The notes: generated by a model not told the origin, from the letters alone. A stretch of DNA of 64,000 bases from Hemiscyllium ocellatum (GCF_020745735.1 NC_083435.1:37039090-37103089), one strand, 5' to 3'. Positions 24,401-35,306 are shown, counted from the first letter of the stretch. Made by a program: numbers and translations.

Positions 24401-25058
24401 ATGCCGCATTATTTTCAGAAACTGGGCCCAGTCCTTGATCGCAGGATTGATGAGTCAAGTTTCCCAAACAAATGCTTCCCTGACTGAAAGGTGCCTGTTG
24501 TGAGCAAGTTTCTTCAGGATCGTGCTTTACCTCATTGCCCCTGAAATAACCCTACAGAAGCTAGCATTCACTCACCAAGCCACTCGTTATTTACACATGA
24601 CCTGTTCTTGGCATTAGTAGCACCCCATTCAGAGTCAGCTGCCAGACCCTCAATACCTCTGACACTCACCCTTTTTTAATGTCAGTCAGGACTCCCTGAT
24701 TGGATCAGGTTAACGGCCCAATCAGGGACCTCCTATTGACGCGGTGCAGCTGGCTGACCTTGGTATAATCACTACAGGAATAATCTGGTGTAGGAATCCA
24801 GGACAAGGGAGATCCATCTTCAAATGAGAGTGAAACCATTTAGGAGGGAAATCAAAAAGCACTACCTCAGAAATTCGCTGATGGAAATCTGGAGTTTTCT
24901 AACCAAATTGCTGTGAGCGCTGAGGATCAATTGAATATTTCCAGCCTGAGATCAGGAGGGTTTTGTTGGGGAAGAGCAGCAAAACACATGGAGCAGGAAT
25001 GGGTAAAGGGAGTGAGGGACAGATCAGAGCAACCTCAATGAATGGTGGAATAGACACA

Positions 25059-25099
<41 letters not shown>

Positions 25100-28000
25100 G
25101 TCCCTTACCCCACTGATAGAGCTGGGCCTCTGCCAGGCTGCTGTGTTCAATTTGACAGGAGTATTGATCCTCATCCCCAGCATTGATCTCAATCTCTTTC
25201 TGGATCTGATGGGTCCCATCGTGGTTCGGTCGTACCCCTGAGGAATATGTCTCAGACATGACCTCTCTGTTCCTTAGCCAGGTCACCTCGATGTCTGCAG
25301 GATAAAACCCAGTGACCAGGCAGGAGAGAGTGAGCGGCTTGTCCTGACCATTGGGCTCCCTCCTGGAGATGTACACTTCAGGCTGAACTGTGATGGGAAA
25401 GGGGGAAAACACAAACAATAGACAGACACTGAATGGAATGGGAGAACGGTTTCATAGATCAGTGAGGTTAGATCAGAACATGGAACAGAACTGAAATACA
25501 TACCTTTCCTTCCAAAATACTGCTTTCCAGCTTCCAGATATCTCTTTAAATGCTGAACAAATCTTTGCTCCAGACGTGTTTCCCAATCTTTGTTCCAGGA
25601 TTGATCAGCATTCCATTTCTCTTTAGTCTTTACTGCATTGTGATTGGTTGCGATCCATCTCATTCTATCTGGATCTAAGCTGAGGTAATCCTTTCCATCA
25701 AATCCAACTCGCATCGATCTCTTAATAGAGCCGTCATCAGTGACCTCGGCAATTGCTATCCATTGAAATGTGTGAATTCCTATCGGTGATCAAACAGGAA
25801 ATAGTATTAAATTGTTTGCATAAAATGACAATCACTCTGATCTGAGGGGAAACACAATCTAGTAATGGGTAGAATCAGGGATTACTGTCCAGTACTAAAT
25901 GATATCAGGGGTCAGTGCTGGGGGATGGACTGAGTGGAGTGACCCAGGGGTCAGTGCTGGGGGATGGACTGACTGGAGTGAACCAAAGGTCAGTGCTGGG
26001 GAATGGACTGACTGGAGTGACCCAGAGATTAGTGTTGGGAGATGGACTGAGTGGATCATTCATTCGATCATGAACCATCTCTTGATCTTCATTAGTGTGA
26101 CACAACTTTATAAATATCTCAGTCAGAATAGGGAAAAGGAATAGAGTAACACTCTGCAAATCTCCTGTTCAAATTGTACTCCATATGGAATGCTGAAATG
26201 TTACAGGAGACAGTATAACTCAGGCCAGGGCACTGCCTGTCACTCATTGGAAAGAAAAAGAATAAAATTAGACTAGTTTTTAAAAAGTAAGTTTCCAGAT
26301 CTCAGGGCATACTAAAGTGTAATACAGTTCATTGATTTTCATAATTGTTTTTAAAAGGAGGAAATGTTGGAGATATTTTGCACACAGGAAGGCTCCTACA
26401 AGCTGCAAATGATGGTCATTATAGTTTGGTACCGGCCAAAGATAACTTCCCTGCTCTTCTTCAAATGTTCATCTACATAAAGCCAACGGGGACTCTGTTC
26501 AGCATCTCATCTGACAGACAGCAACTTCAACAGCACAGCATTCTGTAAAGCCTGAACTGGCATGTTCAGTTTAATTGTTGTATTAATATCCTGGGGTAGG
26601 CTTTGTACCTACAACCTTCTGATGCAGAATCTAGAGGGGTACCATCTGCACCATATTCAACATTACTCTTCAGTGAGTGACCCTGAATGGTGATCCTGGG
26701 GAATGGAGTAGGAAGCTCGAAAGGAGACAGAGGGAGAACAGAGTCTCATTGAAAATGGTGAAAACCTGTAATAAAAATGGATTTATACAGGAAACACAGA
26801 AAGCTAGCACACAAGGGCAGCAGGTAACCAGAAGGGGCATGAACTGTTGTCCCTTGTATCAAGGGGTTAGAGTATAAGTGTAGGGAAGTCTTAATATAAT
26901 GGTACAAGATGCTGGTGAGACCACATCTGCAGTACTGAGAGCAGTTTTATTCTCTTATTTAAGGAAAAGTAATATTTCATTTCAGGCAGTTCAGAGAAGA
27001 TTCACTAGGAGGATCCCTGGTGTGGAGGGATTGTCATATGAGCAAAGGCTAAACAATACTGACCAAGTTGATAGATGAAATAAGGGCTGTTGATATCATA
27101 TACATGGACTTTAGAAAGGCATTTGATAAGGTTCCGCATGGTAGACTGATGGAGAAAGTGAAGTCACATGGTGTACAGGGTGTTCTAGCTAGGTGGATAA
27201 AGAAACTGGTTGAGCAACAGCAGACAGAGAGTAGTAGTTGAAGGGAGTTTCTCGAAATGGAGAAAGGTGACCAGTGGTGTTCCACAGGGGTCAGTGCTGG
27301 GGTCACTGTTGTTTGTGATATACATAAACGATCTGGGAGAGAGCACTGCTGGTATGATCAGCAAATTTGTAGATGACACAAAGATTGGTGGAGTAGCAGA
27401 AAGCATAAGAGACTGTCAGAGAATACAGGAGGATATAGATAGACTGGAGAGTTGGGCGGAAAAGTGGCAGATGGCTTTCAATCCAGACAATGTGAGGTGA
27501 TACATTTAGGTAAGATTAATTCTAGAGTGAATTATACAATGAAAGGAAAAGCCTTGGGAAAAGTTGATGGGCAGAGAGATATCTGGGAGTGCAGGTCCAT
27601 TGTACCCTGAAGGTTGCTGCACAGGTGGATAGTGGTCAAGGAGGCATACAGTATGCTTGCCTTCATCGGACAGCGTATTGAGTATAAGAGCTGGCAGGTC
27701 ATGTTAACATTGTACACGACATTGGTTCAGCTGCATTTAGAATACTGTGTACAGTTCTGGTCACCACATTACCAAAAGGAAGTGGACACTTTGGAGAGGG
27801 TGCAGAGAAGGTTGAAGAGGATGTTACCTGGTATGGAAGGTGCTAGCTATGAAGAGAGGCTGAGTAAGTTAGGTTTATTTTCACTAGAAAAAAGGAGCTT
27901 ATGGGGGGAACCTGATTGAGGTTTATAAAATTATGAAAGAGACAAGCTTTTTCCCAGGGAGAAGGATTCAATAACAAGAGGTCACACTCTCAGGGTGAGA

Positions 28001-31000
28001 GGTGGAAAGTTTAAGGGGGATACATGTGGCAAGTACATCACACAGAGAGTGGTGGGTGTTTGGAACGTGTTGCCAGCAGAGGTGGTAGAGGCAGGCACGG
28101 TAGATTCATTTAAGATGCGACTGGACAAATGCATGAGGAAGTGGGGAGCAGAGGGATACAGATGCTTAGGAATTGACCGACAGGTTTAGACAGTACATTT
28201 GGATCAGCTCAGGCTTAGAATGCCGAAGGGCCTGTTCCTGGGCTGTAAATTTTCTTTGTTTTTTGTTCTTCGTATGGGAGTCTATTTACTGGAGTTTCGA
28301 AGGATGAGAGGTGATCCCATTGAAACATATCAGATTCTGAAGGGGCTGGACAGGGTAAATGCTGAGAGAATGTTTTTCCTCATGGGAGAGTCTAGGCTCA
28401 GAGGGCACAGACTCAGAATAAAGGGGCGCCCATTTAAAACTGAGATGAGGAGGAGATGAGGAGGATTGATAGTCCTTGCCAGAGAGAGCTGTGGGGAACA
28501 CATCCTTTGCATGTTTAAGGCTAAGGTCAGAGGTCACATGACACCAGGTTATGGTCCAGCAGGTTTATTTGAAATCACAAGCTTTCGAAGCGTTGCTCCC
28601 TCATCAGGCAAAAATTCAAATTGTGATTCTAGATAAACCTGCTGAACTGTAGCCTGGTGCCACGTAACTTTGTCCACCCCAGTCCAATCATATTTTAAGG
28701 CTGAGACGGAGAAATTTTGGATCGATCGGGGAATCGTGAGTTTGCGGAGAAAGGAAAGTGAATGTGAGGAATGTCGGATCAGCCATGATCCCATTGAATG
28801 AGGGAGCAGGTTGGACAATTCGAATGGCCTACTCCTGTTCCTATTTCTTACACAGAGAGAGAGATCAGACAGACAGTGAGAAAATAATCCGAATTGGAGA
28901 AATGGAAGCCCAGCAGCTCAGTGGTTAGCACTGTTGATTCACAGCATCAGGGACCCAGGTTCAATCCTAGCCTCAGGTGACTGTCCATATGGAGTTTACA
29001 CGTTCTCCCTGTGTCTGCATTCTCTGGGTGCTCCAGTTTCTTCCCACAGTCCAAAGGTATGCAGGTTAGTGGATTGACCATGCTAAATTACCCATAATGT
29101 CTCAGGACGTGCAGGCTCAGTGGGTTAGCCATGAAAAATGCGGAGTTACAGGAATGGAGTGGATGGGATGTTCTTTGGGAGGGTCAATATGGACTCAAGT
29201 GGCCTGCTTCCACATTGTAGGAATTCTATGAAATTCCATGTCCTGAACTTACCAGATGTCCGATTTGTACTTTTCATCATTGTATTCAGATTCTCCTTTG
29301 CCATTCCCGATAGTGTATTTGCGATAGCTGTGAGATATTGCCAGTATTCTGCATCAAAATAATCCACCATGAACTGCTGCCTGGGGACCATCCGACCAAT
29401 ATTAGTGTCATGATAATTGAGTTGAACCCCTTTGACTATCGCAATGTTAGTTACCTCCGGAAAATCCTTAATGCCAGAGACTGCCGTGTAGATCACAGTC
29501 AGTGAGTCGGTGTCTGCAAATATCAGTTAAAGAAGGGGTTAATAAACATTTCCACAGTATTGAAGACTTATGCCCCAGAAATTCCTACACACCTAACCAA
29601 GATGTTCCAGTACAGCTCAACGTGACAATGTGAAAAATTGCTCAGGTATGACCTGTACACAAAAAGGCAGGACAAATCCAACCCAGTGAATTAACCACCC
29701 CATCAGCCTGTTCTCGATCATCAATAAATTGATGGATAGTGTCACCAACAGTGACATCAAACAGCAATAACCTGCACAGTGACGTCAGGTTTAGCTTCCC
29801 CCAGGACCACATTACAGCCTTGGTTCAAACATGGACAAAACAGCTGATTCTAGCGATGAGGTGAGAGACAACCCTTGATATCAGTATCACATTTGACCGA
29901 GTGTGGCATCAAGGAGCCCAGCAAAACTGGAATCAATGAGAACCAGTTTTCTGTTGGTTGGATTCATACTTGGCGCATGGGAAAATGGTTGCAATTGTTG
30001 GAGGTCAGGTGTAGCAGCTCCAGGACATCTTGCCAGCAGCTTCTCAGGCACTTTCCCTCCATTATAATGTCAGAAATAAGAATGTTTGCCGATGACGGCA
30101 CAACATTCAGCATTGTTCCGACTCCTCAAATATTGAAACAGTCCATTTCCAAATGGAGCAACACCTGGATAATATTCAGGCTTTGGCTGGTAAGTAGCAA
30201 GTTGTATTGGAACCAAACACAGGTCTCATGTACTGACCAACTGAAATAGGTGAGAATGCAATGCATCCCTTTAATATTCAATGGTGTTACCATCACTGAA
30301 TTGTTCAGAAACTGAAGTGGATTAACCATGTGTACTGTAAGCAAGAGCAGGTCAGATTTTAGGAATTCTGCAGTAAGTAATTCACCTCTTCATTCCCCAA
30401 AAACTAGCAATGTCATCATTCATTCTTTATTTAAACCAATGCACAGCAGTGTGTACCATCTCCAAGATTCACTGCAGAAACTTAACACAACTTCTCTGAC
30501 AGCACCTTCCAAACGTGTGACATCTACCATCTACCTTCAAGGAGGACAACAGCAAGAGATGCAAACGTACACTAACCCCTGGAAATTCCCCTCCAGGCCA
30601 CACACCATCATTTGGAAATATATCACCATTCCATAACATTTGCTGGTTCATAATCCTGGAACTCCCTGTTTAACAGCACTGGGTGTGTATCCAAACCCCA
30701 CAGCTCGCCAGCACCCTCGCAAGGGCATGTGTTCCCTTTGGAATGATCAATAGAAAGGGGGCAAAATTTTAACGAGAGAGGCAGGAAGTTTCGAAGGGAT
30801 TTGAGGAAAAGTCTTTTTCACTGAGAGGGAGTTGGGCTGGAATGCACTGCCTGGGGAGGGGAGTTGAGGTGGGAACAGTCACAACAGATCAAAATTATTT
30901 GGGTGAACCCTTGATGAGCACATTCATGGTTCCGGGCCGTTCACTTGGAAGTGGGACGAATGTAGATTTAGTGTATTGCTGGCAGTACAGACTCGATAGG

Positions 31001-32004
31001 TTGAGGAGTCGCTTCTTTACTGGATGGATATATAACTCCAACTCAGGATGAGTAATAATTGCGAGCCCAGCCAGCAACACCCACCCCAATTGCATCCATC
31101 TCTAAATTTTAATAGCAACTTGCACAGACATAGTCGATCACAAACCTTGGGTCTTTCACTAACCTGCAACAGTGACCTATGACACAACCGGTATATCATT
31201 GTCCTGGACAAGTAACCTAGAATGCATTGAAGAAAGATATTGAGGCAACCTTCCTGACCAGGGAGCATCCGGAGTGAGGAATTCAGAACAACCCAAGGGC
31301 AGTTCTGTGGTTTATCGCCAAAACCAGAAAAGATGCGGTGTGAATGAATCCGGATTGAAATGAAGAGAAACAGGAATATTTGGGAGGATGAAGTGTGAGA
31401 CCATGGGGGACAGTCACTGTGTGAACAGTCTCTCTGTCAAACAGGGGGATGGACAATCCCGAGCAGGATCCCCACTGTCCTTCACTGAGCTTTTTAATCA
31501 GCCCTTTATACACGGCCTGTAGGATGTTGGTGTCTGAGATAACCCGGCCTATTCAACCATGAGGGCATCACAGCTGGGCCTGGGCTGGGTTAAACATGGA
31601 GTCTCCTTCTCCTCCCCACAGTGTTTACAAGACTTTAGACCAGGAATGATGAAGCTGTTTGGCTTCTCCCAATCGATGTGAAAATTAAAATTCTCCATTG
31701 GAACCATTTCCCATTTGCTCGGAGCTTCTCTGATCTCGGGGTTTCTACATCCTGCTGTCAGGAGACCTGGACACAAATCCCATCAGAGTCTCCCAGACTG
31801 TGCTGCCTTCAATGTGTAAAAGATCAGGCTGGCTGTATAACAGGCGGCTGATCAAACATCCCCCATTTCAAACTCTCCCCAAGAGACTCACATTCACCCC
31901 AGACACAGAGAGAGAGAGAGAGAGAGAATGGAAAGCTGAATTCTGTACTTACCGGGAGAGACCCGGGAAAAGCACAGGGAGATGGAGAGAAGGATCAGCA
32001 ACAT
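14954..32004 (-). CDS. Gene B: complete non-classical MHC class I heavy chain, about 342 aa. join(32004-31953, 29513-29253, 25779-25504, 25387-25109, 15790-15683, 15283-15251, 14973-14954)
   Basis: All exons are open, all introns are GT-AG and phase 1, and the domain order is leader-a1-a2-a3-TM-cyt. The last exon is less certain. Confidence 0.88.
15251..15283 (-). CDS. Gene B cytoplasmic exon GSPSGTYTTAP
   Basis: 33 bp, TTTCTGCAG acceptor and GTAAGT donor, phase 1/1; identical in gene A. Confidence 0.8.
15683..15790 (-). CDS. Gene B connecting peptide / transmembrane exon EIPENSVVRSHLILLIGLFAAMAAIFGIIIWKRPWR
   Basis: 108 bp, TTTCAG acceptor and GTAAGA donor, phase 1/1; hydrophobic helix followed by a basic stop-transfer segment. 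Confidence 0.88.
16716..17315 (+). mobile_element. LTR of a second LTR family (related copies at 35307-35844 and, inverted, 44964-45597)
   Basis: TGT start; shares blocks (GTGTTTTGC...AAGCTGAGT...TGCCTTTAAAA...GGTCTGG) with the other two copies. Confidence 0.6.
17720..20865 (+). mobile_element. CR1 LINE ORF2, degenerate, with an internal insertion at about 18.7-19.55 kb
   Basis: Endonuclease start CIYCNVRGLSGKADELRAW, KSPGPDQ, GVPQGSVLAPLLF; many stops and frameshifts. Confidence 0.8.
20866..21350 (-). mobile_element. Penelope-like element 3' end (GIY-YIG C-terminus plus terminal repeat)
   Basis: EHFNSPSHS motif and GATGCTGCCTGACTGGCTGTGCTTTTCCAG terminus. Confidence 0.7.
21353..21411 (+). 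repeat. (TG)n microsatellite
   Basis: Read directly from the sequence. Confidence 0.95.
25055..25095 (+). repeat. (CA)n microsatellite just inside the intron after gene B alpha3
   Basis: Read directly from the sequence. Confidence 0.95.
25109..25387 (-). CDS. Gene B MHC class I alpha3 (IgC1) exon
   Basis: 279 bp, phase 1/1. VQPEVYISRR...LSCLVTGFYPADIEVTWLRN...RPNHDGTHQ...YSCQIEHSSL has the canonical C1-set Cys/Trp/Cys pattern. Confidence 0.97.
25504..25779 (-). CDS. Gene B MHC class I alpha2 exon (no cysteines)
   Basis: 276 bp, open, phase 1/1. GIHTFQWIAIAEVTDDGSIKRSMRVGFDGKDYLSLD...TKEKWN...LEQRFVQHLKRYLEAGK. Confidence 0.95.
25905..26065 (+). repeat. 39-bp minisatellite, about 4 units
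   Basis: GTCAGTGCTGGGGGATGGACTGA.TGGAGTGACCCAGGG units at 25911, 25950, 25989 and about 26028. Confidence 0.85.
26370..26655 (+). mobile_element. Ancient DeuSINE-like (SacSINE1/AmnSINE1-type) relic
   Basis: TGCTCTTCTTCAAA...CAGCATCTCATCTGACAGACAGCAAC...ACCTACAACCTTCTGA resembles the Deu-domain and tail as recalled; not verified by search. Confidence 0.4.
26800..28850 (+). mobile_element. CR1 LINE 3' fragments (two or more), with a Penelope-type hairpin fragment at about 28530-28690
   Basis: GVPQGSVLGSLLF...FVDDTK, LEYCVQFWSPHY and CR1 3' tails. Confidence 0.85.
28905..29220 (+). mobile_element. HE1-like SINE (diverged) next to the gene B alpha1 donor
   Basis: CAGTGGTTAGCACTG...GGTTCAATCC boxes and the HE1 core. 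Confidence 0.75.
29253..29513 (-). CDS. Gene B MHC class I alpha1 exon
   Basis: 261 bp, open, TTTGCAG acceptor and GTAAGT donor. DTDSLTVIYTAVSGIKDFPEVT...PRQQFM...EYW...NRTS, with the N86-equivalent glycosylation sequon. Confidence 0.95.
29560..30700 (+). mobile_element. Degenerate CR1/L2-like LINE RT fragment (same family as 60.8-64 kb)
   Basis: KMFQYSS and RMFADD-like motifs; recognisably similar to 63.0-64.0 kb. Confidence 0.6.
31953..32004 (-). CDS. Gene B leader exon MLLILLSISLCFSRVSP
   Basis: 52 bp ending in a phase-1 G|GTAAGT donor; joins in frame to alpha1 as D-T-D-S-L. Confidence 0.88.
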
Positions 32005-32027
32005 TCTGGGAATCCACTCTCCCTATT

Positions 32028-32279
32028 CCAATCAGTGATTGGGAATAAAACACAGAGGGGAAAACTGCTATTGAGAGTCTGGAAGAACAAAACACTTACT
32101 TTGACTCCACTTGCTGAGCTGCAGGTCATTTCCTGAACTTCAAGCTGCAGAAGCAGAGAGTCAATGATTGGTCCCAGTCTCAGTAAAATACCCACTAAAG
32201 GGATGAACAGATTTCTGTCATCAGTTACCAGGGAGATCAGACTCAGACAGGTTGTGTTACCCGCAGGGAAACAGAAACT
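32028..32279 (-). promoter_or_regulatory. Gene B class I-type promoter: ISRE, S-like box, X1X2, mutated Y box and CCAAT boxes
   Basis: AGTTTCTGTTTCCC (ISRE consensus) at 32266-32279, AACCT 15 bp upstream of X, X1X2-like CCCTGGTAACTGATGAC at 32217-32233, AGTGG in place of ATTGG about 20 bp downstream, CCAAT at 32167-32171 and a CCAAT palindrome at 32028-32042. Confidence 0.7.
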
Positions 32280-32367
32280 GTCAGAATTGCTTTTCCTCCC
32301 CAGCAGGAATCAGGGTGTGGTCTTTGTATTTAAGGACTCCTGCCCCAATGGGGAAGCCTCTCAGGTC

Positions 32368-33270
32368 TTTTTTTTATTTCAAAAATATACTTTATTCATA
32401 AATATTTTGATGATCTGTACAATCGGTCATAGCATACATATGTAAACATTCAATTTCTTTGCATACAGAGACAGTAATCATTCATATATTCAGGTCTGTA
32501 CGATTACTATCCACATATTTAGCTGAGGCGTCAGCAGAGCCCAAACGACTGCATGGGCCCCCTGATCTTCTTTAGACAGGCAGCTGTTACATGGTGGTCT
32601 TTCCCCACCGCGCCTTGGCGGCAGCTGCCCCAAGCTTCAGCGATTCCCTCAACACGTAGTCCTGGACCTTGGAATGTGCCAGTCTGCAACACTCAGTCGG
32701 GGTCAACTCCTTCAGCTGGAAGATCAACAGGTTTCAGACCACCCAGAGAGCGTCCTTCACCGAGTTGATGATCGTCAGGCACAGTTGATGTTTGTCTCAG
32801 TGTGCGTCCCGGGGAACAGGCCGTAGAGCACGGAGTCCCGCATCACGGCGCTGCTCGGGACGAACCTCGACAAATACCACTGCATTCCTCGCCAGACTTC
32901 TTCTGCGTAGGCACATTCCAGAAGGAGGTGTGTGACAGTCTCGTGCCCCCCGCAGCCGCTTCGAGGGCAGCGTGCGGTGCAGCTGAGAGTCCGGATGTGT
33001 ATAAAGGATCTCACAGGTAGAGCCCTTCTAACCACCAGCCAAGCCATGTCTTGGTGCTTGTTGGAAAGTTCTGGCGATGAGGCATTCTGCCAAATGACTT
33101 TGATAGTCTGCTCAGGGAACCGCTCGATAGGATCCGCCCTCTCCTTTTCCCGAAGGGTCTCGAGAACACTACGTGCTGACCACTTCCTGATGGACTTGTG
33201 GTCAAAGGTGTTTTTCTTCATAAACTTCCCCACGAAGGACAGGTGGTATGGAACGGTCCAACTACTAGGA
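32368..33270 (-). mobile_element. 5'-truncated Tx1 copy 3
   Basis: Same 3' ORF2 and 3'UTR as copies 1 and 2 (ORF 32775-33233), with the T-rich tail at 32368. Confidence 0.9.
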
Positions 33271-33419
33271 CCTGCTTGGGACAGGGTTTCATAGTCCCAG
33301 GGATTTACAAGGATGGTTGTATTTTTACAAAGTAAGGAATTGGATCCCTTTTTCGAACCCTGTTTGTGTAGCTGTGGGTTCTGTCAACAGTGCAGACTAA
33401 ACTTGAACTGAGGGGTTGT

Positions 33420-34389
33420 TTAATGTGATTCTGTTCGCCTAGCTGGGAGTTTTTGTTGCAAACGTTTCGTCCCCTTTCTAGGTGACATCTTCAATGCTTG
33501 GGAGCCTCCTGTGAAGCGCTTCTGTGCTGATTCCTCCGGCATTTATACTGGTTTGAATCTGCCACTTCCGGTTGTCAGTTTCTGTCCGCTGCAGTGGTCG
33601 GTATATAGGGTCTAGGTCGATGTGTCTGTTGATAGAATTTGTGGATGAGTGCCATGCCTCTAGGAATTCCCTGGCTGTTCTCTGTTTGGCCTGCCCTATA
33701 ATAGTGGTGTTGTCCCAATCAAATTCGTGTTGTTTGTCATCTGAGTGTATGGCTACTAGGGATAGCTGGTCGTGTCATTTCATGGCTAGTTGGTGTTCAT
33801 GGATGCAGGTTGTTAGCTGTCTTCCTGTTTGTCCTATGTAGTGTTTTGTGCAGTCCTTGCATGGGATTTTGTACACTACGTTGGTTTTGCTCATGCTGGG
33901 TATCGGGTCCTTTGTCCTGGTGAGTTGTTGTCTGAGGGTGGCTGTTGGTTTGTGTGCCGTTATGAGTCCTAGTGGTCGCAGCAGTCTGGCTGTCAGTTCA
34001 GAAATGCTCCTGATATATGGGAGTGTGGCCAGTCCTTTGGGTTGTGGCATGTCCTCATTTCGTTGTCTTTCCTTAAGGCATCTGTTGATGAAATTGCGCG
34101 GGTATCCGTTCTTGGTGAATAACTTGTATAGGTGCTCTTCTTCCTCTTTTTGTAGTTCAGGTGTGCTGCAGTGTGTTGTGGCCCTTCTGAATAATGTCCT
34201 GATGCAACTTCGTTTGTGTGTGTTGGGGTGGTTGCTTTCATAGTTCAGGACTTGGTCTGTGTGTGTGGCTTTTCTGTATACCTTCGTGGTGAATTCTCCG
34301 TTCGGTATTCTATGTACCATCACGTCTAGGAATGGGAGCTGGTTGTCCTTTTCTTCCTCTCTCGTGAATCGGATTCCTGTGAATGTGGC
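33420..34389 (-). mobile_element. Penelope-like retroelement (RT thumb plus GIY-YIG endonuclease), running into an assembly gap
   Basis: ORF 33775-34323 with VYRKATHTDQVLNY...NGYP...CKDCTKHYIGQTGR. Confidence 0.88.
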
Positions 34390-34518
34390 NNNNNNNNNNN
34401 NNNNNNNNNNNNNNNNNNNNNNNNNNNNNNNNNNNNNNNNNNNNNNNNNNNNNNNNNNNNNNNNNNNNNNNNNNNNNNNNNNNNNNNNNNNNNNNNNNNN
34501 NNNNNNNNNNNNNNNNNN
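34390..34518. other. Assembly gap (N run)
   Basis: Run of N bases. Confidence 1.
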
Positions 34519-35306
34519 ATCTTAACATTGCATCAATGTCTATCTGCCTTTCGCTGTAATTCCTCCTTCTTCCTATCCACCCATTGGATCCCTCTGTCTG
34601 CCTGAAATGTGGGTCAAATACTCAGGTCACATTATGATCTGGAATCACCATCCCCTGAGCTACCTGACACTGCCAATGGAGACCAGGTGGTTAAACAAGA
34701 TCCTGACACTGAAGTCCACCTAAAAGCTGAGCTACCAGCTATCGATGCTTTGATCATGAATCACGGTGACAATGTTCAGCTCATGTGGTTCCAGTGTCTG
34801 AGGATCCAATCCTGAAGATGGTCTTTTCTGTACATTTTGAGATAAGCAGTAAGATTATAAGGTTTGTTTTAAAGAGTCACTGGAGAGAGTTTCACAGAGA
34901 CAGAGTGCAGCAATGACTGAGGACACTAACTGGGAGAAAACTCACCAAGATGAATAATAAAGACAACACAGCTAAAGCTGCAAAGACCTATGGGACATTT
35001 AATTTAAATGTTGCCTGTTTTCTGTTGAGATGTTGAACTGAGATCCTGTCTGTTCTCAGGAATTTGTGTAAAATATCAAGAGAAACTGTTTTGAAGAAGA
35101 GCTGGTGATTTCTCCCGCAATCATCGAGAACACTTGTCCTTCAAATCCCACTGAAAACAGGGTGAGTGAGTGGATCTTGAAGACTGTGGGTGAAGGCAAG
35201 GATGAGAAAGTGGAGAGTGAAGGATTGGAGGGAGAGGGACTGGAGAGTATGACGATGCTGCCTCTTTGACAAGGTTATTTTGTCCTCGGCTTTTTTCAAG
35301 ACGGGT

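Larger units (their letters stand above)
15946..24776 (-). mobile_element. Old Gypsy LTR retrotransposon in the gene B alpha3-TM intron, with nested insertions
   Basis: Diverged LTRs at about 15946-16170 and 24542-24776, with a polypurine tract next to the 3' LTR. Gag-like ORF 24066-24467, protease-like MEVDPSAAVSVI (23241-23627), RT/RNaseH fragments (22265-22881) and integrase-like TPHATAELGPAELLMGRRL (17325-17534). Confidence 0.8.

Noticed and set aside
14954-32004. Calling gene B the classical shark class I (UAA), a class II gene, or CD1
   Set aside because: Loss of Y7, Y159, W167 and the alpha2 cysteines argues against classical class I. The three extracellular domains with an a1-a2-a3 exon pattern exclude class II. 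There is no evidence for CD1. No gene symbol is assigned without a phylogeny.
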